Positions 1 to 7,000 of a stretch of DNA of 64,000 bases are shown piece by piece (positions within the stretch are counted from its first letter, which is position 1; each line of letters opens with the position of its first letter). The stretch comes from Deltaproteobacteria bacterium. Lineage in GTDB: Bacteria; Myxococcota_A; Polyangia; DRWM01; JAAZOP01. The position numbers and the translations under genes were made by a program. Location of the stretch: assembly GCA_016218765.1 (NCBI GenBank), contig JACRCZ010000118.1:1772-65771 (forward strand). The letters run 5' to 3'. A model generated the notes under the pieces. That model was given only the letters and a program-made list of their open reading frames with translations, was not told the DNA's origin and searched no databases.

Positions 1-2
1 CG

Positions 3-1100
3 GAGATCGTGCCGTGGCTGCACGCCGGGTTGTCGTGGAACAACCCGTTCGGGCTCGGGACGTACTGGCCCAAGGACTGGGACGGGAAGTTCACGGCGTA
101 CCAGACGTACATCGAGACGCACTTCATCGAGCCGACGCTGGCGTTGGACATCGCGGCGCTTCTCGACATGCCGGACAAGTACGCCTTGAGCTTCGCCGTC
201 GGCGGCACGTACGTCTACGGCAAGGCGAAGCTGACGCAGCTTGTGGACGCGACGGAGGTCTACGACCTGTTCCACGAGGCGGACGATCCGCTGCCGATCG
301 TGGAGATGGCGATGGAGGGGGACGGGCACGGCGGAGGCTACCAGTTCTCGTTTTTCGCGGCGGACAAGGACTGGATTTCGTTCGGGGCGTCGGTGCGCAG
401 CAACGTGGTGATGGACTTCTCGGGCACGGCGCATTTCACGGCGCCGGCGGCGGCCTTCCCCGGCTGGGGCGAGATCATGCGCACGCTCGGCCTGCTCCCG
501 GAGTCCACGCCGGGGAGCACGACGATCGAGCTGCCGTGGAACATGAACTTCGGGGTGGCGTTCCTGGGGTTGCCGCACTTCACGTTCGCGGCGGACGTGT
601 ACGTGGCGTTGTGGGAGAGCTACGACCAGCTCCAGGTGCGGTTCGACTGCGAGGGCAGCCCGGCGCCGAACAACTGCGGGGGCGAGCTGAACGCGAACGC
701 GATCTACCCCAAGAAGTGGAACACGGGGGTGCAGATCGCGTTCGGCGCGGAGTACCGGCCGATCACGGACCTGGCGATCCGGCTGGGCTACGGGTTCGTC
801 TCGAATCCTGCCAACCCTGTGTACTACGACGGCATGCTGCCCGACGGCAACCGGCATCTCATCACGGTCGGTCTCGGCTATCGGGCGCCGACGCTGTTCA
901 AGGTCGACGTCGGCTACATGCTGGCGCTGTGGGGCGACACGAAGGACAACGACGTCGGGTCCGCCTCGCCCAGTTTCACGAACGGCCAGGCGAACGGCGC
1001 GTACGACACGCTGACGCACGTCATCGCGATCAGCCTGGGCTTCTCGTTCGACGTGAACGGGATGGCGCCGCCTCCGACGCTCGAGCCTACCGAGATCTGA
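3..1100 (+). CDS. Outer-membrane transport beta-barrel, FadL/OmpP1/TodX-like (5' partial, open to window edge)
   Basis: ORF 9..1100 stays open upstream to the window edge. It has an alternating-hydrophobic strand pattern with aromatic girdles and a last strand ..AISLGFSF. GC3 is high. The family call is from pattern memory only. Confidence 0.5.
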   Translation, partial: EIVPWLHAGLSWNNPFGLGTYWPKDWDGKFTAYQTYIETHFIEPTLALDIAALLDMPDKYALSFAVGGTYVYGKAKLTQLVDATEVYDLFHEADDPLPIVEMAMEGDGHGGGYQFSFFAADKDWISFGASVRSNVVMDFSGTAHFTAPAAAFPGWGEIMRTLGLLPESTPGSTTIELPWNMNFGVAFLGLPHFTFAADVYVALWESYDQLQVRFDCEGSPAPNNCGGELNANAIYPKKWNTGVQIAFGAEYRPITDLAIRLGYGFVSNPANPVYYDGMLPDGNRHLITVGLGYRAPTLFKVDVGYMLALWGDTKDNDVGSASPSFTNGQANGAYDTLTHVIAISLGFSFDVNGMAPPPTLEPTEI

Positions 1101-1138
1101 GTTCCGTTCCGGATCGTGACGCCACGTCGGTCTTCTCC

Positions 1139-1205
1139 GGAGGGGGAGAGGAGAGGGGGGGAGGTCGGCTGGAGAGGGGGGGAGGGGGCGGGGGCACGCG
1201 GGGGG
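1139..1205. repeat. Dispersed purine-rich repeat, family B (core GGAGGTCGGCTGGAGAG)
   Basis: The same core recurs at about 2331, 18656 and 38110. This copy is intergenic, 3' of the FadL-like gene. Confidence 0.7.
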
Positions 1206-1206
1206 A

Positions 1207-2169
1207 TCAGTCGCGATCGCCGTGGGAGATGTGGAGTTGGACGATGCGCCAGGCTTCGTTCTCGAGGAGCCAGACGAAGAGGGCGCGGCTGGTGCGGGTG
1301 GTGCGGGCGCGGTCGACGATGACGCTGGTATCGAGGTTGCAGGCGACGAAGCCGGCGGAGCCGCCGGGTGCGAGGGCTGCGCGGACGCCGCCGGTGCGGG
1401 AGAAGCGGACGGCTTCGCCGGCGACCTTGGCCCGGACGTATTGCCGGGCGGCATCGCCGCCCTCGGCGCGGTCGTCCAGGCCGAGGCCGAAGAGGAAGGT
1501 GTCGGGGCGGGTGGAGATGCGCGCTTCGAGGGCTTCGGGCGAGGCGAGTGCCTCGTCGAGGGCCGCGACGAGGGTCTCGGCGCCGGCTTCGACGTCGTCG
1601 GCGATGGGGGCGGGGGACCCGGCGCCGGCGGGGGCGTCGTCGGCTGCGAGACCGACCGACCAGTGCTGGGCGGCGACGAACCAGCGATCGCGGTCGCGGA
1701 CGACGAACGAGGTGACGCGGTAGGCGGTTTCGAGGGTCGAGCCGTCCGGCAGCAGGTGTGTGCCGGGCATTTCCTCGGCGACCCAGGCGGCGCGCCGGTC
1801 GGCGGTCGCGCCCACGGACTGGGCGGGCGTGCAGAAGCTGCAGAGCGACGCGGCGCCGTCGGGTGCGCCGAAGAGGGCGCGAGCGGCATCGATGGCGGCG
1901 GGGCGTCCGGCGACGGCGTAGGCGTCGCCGGGACCGATCCAGAAGACGTCGGGCGTCATGAGGGCGCCGAATCCCTCGAAGTTGCCCTGCGTGAGCAGGA
2001 CATCCTCGGTGTCCATGAAGCTTTCCACCTGGACCTCGATGCTCTCGAACTCGACCGACACGGGCTCGTCGGGATCCCGCGCGGCTGACGGTGCTGGTAC
2101 CGCGCTGCAGGCGGACAGCGCGGCGAGCAATCCTGCCGCGATCGGCGCTCGATGAGGGGTTCGGGTCAT
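1207..2169 (-). CDS. Lipoprotein with two NTF2-like (SnoaL/DUF4440-type) domains
   Basis: ATG at 2169 is preceded by GGAGG. Signal MTRTPHRAPIAAGLLAALSAC carries a lipobox. Two halves each end in an NTF2-like ..W(F/R)(V/I)..H(W/I)S motif. The longer track ORF (to 2316) starts inside a repeat. Confidence 0.6.
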   Translation of the reverse strand: MTRTPHRAPIAAGLLAALSACSAVPAPSAARDPDEPVSVEFESIEVQVESFMDTEDVLLTQGNFEGFGALMTPDVFWIGPGDAYAVAGRPAAIDAARALFGAPDGAASLCSFCTPAQSVGATADRRAAWVAEEMPGTHLLPDGSTLETAYRVTSFVVRDRDRWFVAAQHWSVGLAADDAPAGAGSPAPIADDVEAGAETLVAALDEALASPEALEARISTRPDTFLFGLGLDDRAEGGDAARQYVRAKVAGEAVRFSRTGGVRAALAPGGSAGFVACNLDTSVIVDRARTTRTSRALFVWLLENEAWRIVQLHISHGDRD

Positions 2170-2287
2170 CCTCCACCTTCCCTGTCCCCCCCCCGGGTCG
2201 TTTCCGCACGGCTTCCCCGGTCCCCGCGGGGAAGGAACCCAACCGTAAGCACCGTTCGGGGCGGCGCAAGGGGAGAGGGGGGGAGGG

Positions 2288-2330
2288 TTGGTCAATTGGG
2301 TCTCGTTATAGGTCATAGGTTATCGGTCGG
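2288..2330. repeat. Dispersed repeat family A (TTGGTCAATTGGGTCTCGTTATAGGTCATAGGTT)
   Basis: Near-identical copies lie at 3955 and 4017. It produces the recurrent spurious peptide MTYNETQLTN on the minus strand. Confidence 0.85.
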
Positions 2331-2373
2331 GCGGGGAGAGGTGGGGAGGCCGACTGGAGAGGGGGGGAGGGGG
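2331..2373. repeat. Dispersed repeat family B copy
   Basis: GGAGAGGTGGGGAGGCCGACTGGAGAGGGGGGGAGGGGG directly abuts the family A copy. Confidence 0.7.
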
Positions 2374-3885
2374 TCAGCGGGCGAGGTACTCGACGAAGCC
2401 CTGGAGGATGGCGGCGTGGAGGAGGTCGCCGAGGATTTCGCCGCCGGCGGGGGCGAGGTGGGTGAGGTCGCCGAAGGCGCGGCGGGGATCGGAGCGGTAC
2501 CAGCGCCACATGGTGTTCTCGCCGCCCATGGCGCTGAACGTGTCCCAGAACGCGCAGCCTTCGGCCGATGCGACCTCGCGCTGGACGGCGACGAGCTTGG
2601 GGATGATGGAGCGGGTCTCGCGGGTGTTGGGGTCGCCGCGGTCGGGAGGGCCGGCGAGCAGGCAGGAGGCGAAGGGGGCGACGGTGCGGAGGCGCCGCAC
2701 GACGCGCTGGAGCTGTTCGCGGTAGCCGCTCACCGACAGGTCGTGGTCGCTCTCGTTGGTGCCGAAGGTGAGGACGACGAGATCGGGGCGGCGATGGGCG
2801 AACTGCTCCTTCCAGTGCGTCTCGTCGGGCTCGAGCAGCGCGCGGGCGGAGGCGCCGAGCAGGCCGATGCCGTCGTAGACGACGCCGGGGCCGTCGCGCT
2901 CGAGCGTCACGCCGAAGAGGCGCACGGGGCCGCCGCCGGCGGACTGGACGACGACGGAGTGCGGGCCGTCGGGCATGCGGACGAGGTGGAAGCCGGAGCC
3001 GACCGTCGGGGCCTCGGTCGACAACGGGTCGGCGACGACGCCATCGAGGGAGACCTGGACGTCGCCGCCTTCGGGCTGGGCGAGGAAGTAGACCTCGCAG
3101 CGGGAGACGGCGCGGCCGGTAGCGCCCTCGGACACGGTGGCGTAGGTGGCCTTGGCGCCCGGGCCGCCGGCGACAAAGCTGACGCCGCCGTACCCGTAGA
3201 GGTCGTCGTGCGCGTGGCCGTTGGTGACGCGGTAGAAGTGCCAGGCGTCGGTGAACTCGAGCTGGACGTCGAGGTGGCCGTACCACTCCCACGGGCGGGC
3301 GAGGAAGAGGAACCCCGGGCCGCCGTCGCCGAAACGTTCCTGCAGGCGTTTGCGGACGGTCGACGTCCAGAGATCCTCGATGATGATCGAGTCGCCGAAG
3401 TGGGTGACGCGGGTGACGGCGTTCTTCTCGCGGAGGGCGGTGCGGCGGAGCGCGGCGTAGAAGCGGTCCATGGCGCGCTCGGCGCATGCGTTTGGTTCTT
3501 CGCGCAGGCACGGATTCTCCAGGGGCCGGATGGTGGTGTCGGATGGGGCGGCGAGAGCCGGGTCCAGGGCGCCCGGGGCGGTCGGTGCCGTGCCGGCAAC
3601 CGCCGTCGCCGGCCTTTGCGTGTCGAGGGCGAGGGGCGCGGCGGCGGGCGTCGTGCCGGGTCCGCGGACGACGGGCGAGGGAAGGGCCGGACGTGGCCGT
3701 GCGAGGAGGGCGTCGAGCGTGCGGTCCAGGTCTCCGGTGGCGGCGACGATGCTTTCGCGGGACACCTCGCGTGCGGGGCGGGCTCGGTGCTTCCGCCGGG
3801 CAGGAGGGTTCGCCAGGGTGGGAGCAGGTCCAGGTCCGCGAGGCCATCGATGGCGTAGGCCAGGGCGGTCAGGGCGATGGCCCAT
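2374..3885 (-). CDS. SGNH/GDSL-family hydrolase; 5' end unresolved (possible frameshift)
   Basis: Block motifs are HFGDS, GTNES and DLTHL. GC3 is high only downstream of about 3775. A TM-anchor-like segment (TAWAIALTALAYAI) sits upstream in another frame (2907..3983). Confidence 0.75.
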   Translation of the reverse strand: MGHRPDRPGLRHRWPRGPGPAPTLANPPARRKHRARPAREVSRESIVAATGDLDRTLDALLARPRPALPSPVVRGPGTTPAAAPLALDTQRPATAVAGTAPTAPGALDPALAAPSDTTIRPLENPCLREEPNACAERAMDRFYAALRRTALREKNAVTRVTHFGDSIIIEDLWTSTVRKRLQERFGDGGPGFLFLARPWEWYGHLDVQLEFTDAWHFYRVTNGHAHDDLYGYGGVSFVAGGPGAKATYATVSEGATGRAVSRCEVYFLAQPEGGDVQVSLDGVVADPLSTEAPTVGSGFHLVRMPDGPHSVVVQSAGGGPVRLFGVTLERDGPGVVYDGIGLLGASARALLEPDETHWKEQFAHRRPDLVVLTFGTNESDHDLSVSGYREQLQRVVRRLRTVAPFASCLLAGPPDRGDPNTRETRSIIPKLVAVQREVASAEGCAFWDTFSAMGGENTMWRWYRSDPRRAFGDLTHLAPAGGEILGDLLHAAILQGFVEYLAR

Positions 3886-3954
3886 GCGGTGACGCGGGTG
3901 GCGCGACCGAGCAGGCGGGTTCGAAGGGAGGGGGGAGGGGGAGGGGGAGGGGAG

Positions 3955-4067
3955 TTGGTCAATTGGGTCTCGTTATAGGTCATAGGTTTTCGGTCTTCGG
4001 GCGGGACGGGGGGGAGTTGGTCAATTGGGTCTCGTTATAGGTCATAGGTTTTCGGTCTTCGGGCGGG
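3955..4067. repeat. Tandem pair of family A repeats (period 62 nt)
   Basis: About 54 nt (GAGTTGGTCAATTGGGTCTCGTTATAGGTCATAGGTTTTCGGTCTTCGGGCGGG) is repeated exactly. The second copy contains the TAA stop (4035..4037) of the 1686-codon ORF. Confidence 0.9.
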
Positions 4068-7000
4068 GGGGAGCTTCGTTCGGCGGCGCAGATGGAGCCA
4101 GAGGCCCAGGCGCAGCAGGGGCAAGGGTGCGGTCGCACGGCGGGTTGTGCGGCAGCCGCAGCCGTCGCCGGTGGGGTCGTTGCTGGTGGAGCCGTCGCCT
4201 CCTTCCGGGGAGGTGTCGGCGGAGGTGTCGGGGGACGAGTCGGGGGGCGAGTCGGCGGACGAGTCGGCGGACGAGTCGGCATTGGCATCGGCGTCCGCGT
4301 CGGCATCGGCGTCCGCGTCGGCGGCGCCGCAGGTGCCGGAGAGGCAGAGTTCGAAGGCGCCGAGGTCGAGTGGGGGCTCGAGCGGTCGCGGCTCGGAGTC
4401 CTGGTGGACGACGTACTGCCGCAGGACGTCGTGGTCGGGGAGAACGTCGGGCAGGAGGCTCGTGCCGGCGTTGAGGCAGGGCGAGGCGGCGTCGAGGTGG
4501 AAGTCCTGGGTAGCCTCGCCGAGGAAGCCTGGCGAGGGGCCGCCGACGGCGGTGCCGTCGTCGTTGATCGTGCCTTCGAGCGTGTCGTGGGTCGGGACGT
4601 AGCCGGGTTTCATCCAGTTGTGGGAGAGATCGAGGACGCCGGTGCCGGAGGTGAGGGCGAGGGCGCCGCCGTCGGCGGTGACGTAGAGGATGTTGTTGCG
4701 CGCGTCGCAATGTTCGTCGTTGCTCGAGAGGCGGAAGAGGGTGGTATTGCCGGCGCGGGTGGAGACGACGGTGTTGTTGTGGAAGTAGAGGGTGCCCTTG
4801 CGGTAGATGCTTTCGTCGCCGCTGTCGCCGCCGTAGTGGACGATCTGGCTGTTGCCTTCGCCGTCGGCCTCGAGGAGGAGGTTGCCGTAGACGAAGGTGC
4901 GGCGGTAGCGGGGATCGCCGATGACGACGGGGGAGTCTTCGCCGTCGACGAGGTCGAGCTGTCGGTTTCCGTTCTCGATCCAGTTGTAGCGCACGACGAG
5001 GCCTGCGGAGCGGTCCTTCAGGTTGTTGCCGCCGCAGCCTGCGCGCAGGGGTCCGTAGTGGTTGTACTGGAAGATGATGCCCATGGCGGCGGTGTAGCTG
5101 TTGTGTTCGTAGTAGGAGCCTTCGATTCCGTTGTCGTAGATCCAGTTGCCCTCGACCAGGATGTCCTGCGTGAGTCCGCCGTTGACGCCGACGAACAGGC
5201 CGTTGCCGGAGTCGTGGATGATGCAGCGGCGGATGGTGATGTTGCGGCCGACTTCGACGTAGATCGAGGCGGCGTTGTCGGCAAAAACGCCGCCGCCGCG
5301 TGAGCTGGTGAAGGAGAACGGGGGTCGTGCGGAGCGGACGTCGAGGTTCTCGAGGGTGATCCAGCTCGGGACGCAGTCGGGCTGGTCGCAGGGCGGGGAG
5401 TTCGCGCCGCCGATCTTGATCACGCCGCGATCCTCGTTCCAGAAATTCAGGGCATCGCGGGTCGAGGCGCCGTTGCCGTCGATGACGGGGAGCTGTCCCG
5501 TCCCGTTGGGGACGCCGCGGACGACGACGGGGAGCGCTTCGGTGCCCTGGGCGGCGACGACGAACTTGTCGTTGTAGGGCGTGTCGCGCCAGTGGATGAG
5601 CACGGTATCGCCGGGTGCGAGGGACTCCCACGGCACGTCGCCGACTTCGGCGAGGGGCCTTCCCGGTCCGACCTCGTAGGTGGCGCCTTGCGCCGTCGAG
5701 GCGGCAAGGCAACCGGCCAGGGCGACCAGGGGCACGGCGAGGCGGATTCTGCGGCGGAGTCCGAGCACGACCGCGGCGAGCGCCGCCGCGAGCCACCCTC
5801 CCCTGCCCGGGTTTCCGGCGGCGCGGCAGCCGCAGCCGTCGTCGGACGAGCCGGGATCGGCGGGGGGGCATTCGGGTTGATCCATGCAGACGCAGACGCC
5901 TGCGGCGGTGCATCCGCGGAACGCGTACGGCAGGCAAGCGGCCTCGCAGGAGGCCGGATCGCAGGTTCCTTCGCCCGGCGTGTCCTCCACGGCGTCGGCG
6001 TCCGCGTCCGCGTCGCCGTCGGCGTCCGCGTCCGCGTCGCCGTCGGCGTCCGCATCGGCGTCGGCGTCGCCGCCCATGAGGGTCTCGATGCGGTCGGCGA
6101 TTCGTGCGCGCGCGGCGTAGAGCTCGGCGGGGGTGGTGGCGGTGACTTCGTAGGCGGCGGGGAAGAGGGCGGCGGCTTCGGCTTCGGCGGTGGCGCGGTC
6201 GCCCAGCACTTCCAGGCGGTGGAGGTATTCGTAGTCTTCCATGCCTTCGCGGATGAGCTTGAGTCGGATGGATTCGACGGGGATGTCGGTGGTGCCGCCG
6301 ATGCGGTCGGGGCGGCCCGGGTAGAAGAGGGTGCCGTCGCCGTTGCCGGAGAAGTCGCACTGGTCGGTCCAGGCGCCGGGGAGCTTGTGAGTGGTCTGGA
6401 AGTAGAGCTCGCCGGTGATGCGGAAGCGGAAGGAGAGCCATTCCATGGCGCGGGCCTGGATGCCCGAGGCATCGATGACGTAGGACGGCCAGCCGGAGTA
6501 CCACGGGTCGGTGGTGGCGGAGCAGCCGGTGCCGCAGCCGTGCGACATGCACGACTGGTACCACCACAGCTCCTTGTCGGGGGAGAGGGCGAGGAACGGG
6601 TCGTATTCGCTGCGGCGGTCGGCGGCGCCGCGGGGGTGCATGTAGTTGACGACGGGGGTGAGGATGTCGACGTCGCCGGAGATGCCGTAGGTGGTGAGCT
6701 CATCGATGTCCGTGGTGACGAGGGTCCTCAGTCCTGCGGCGTGGACGGCAGCGGCGCGCGGCGGGATATCGGAGAACAGGCAGCCCGCGGGGGGTTCGTC
6801 GCAGGTGTAGTCGAAGAGGGCGTCGAGCCAGCCGCGGGAGGCGAAGTGGTCGTGCCACCAGACCATCTGGGCGGCGTCGGCGGTCATGAGGCGGATGGTG
6901 GTGAGTTTGGCGCCTGCGAGGCGTGTGGGGGCGGTGCCGTCCAGGAGCGGGGCGTAGACGGAGTCGAAGGGGATCCAGTCGTCGGAGATCGGGCCGGCGT

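Noticed and set aside
2288-3983. ORFs starting MTYNETQLTN (1207..2316, 2907..3983), taken as real N-termini or as a small conserved peptide.
   Set aside because: The peptide is simply the translation of the family A repeat. Better starts with an RBS and a signal peptide exist downstream (e.g. 2169).
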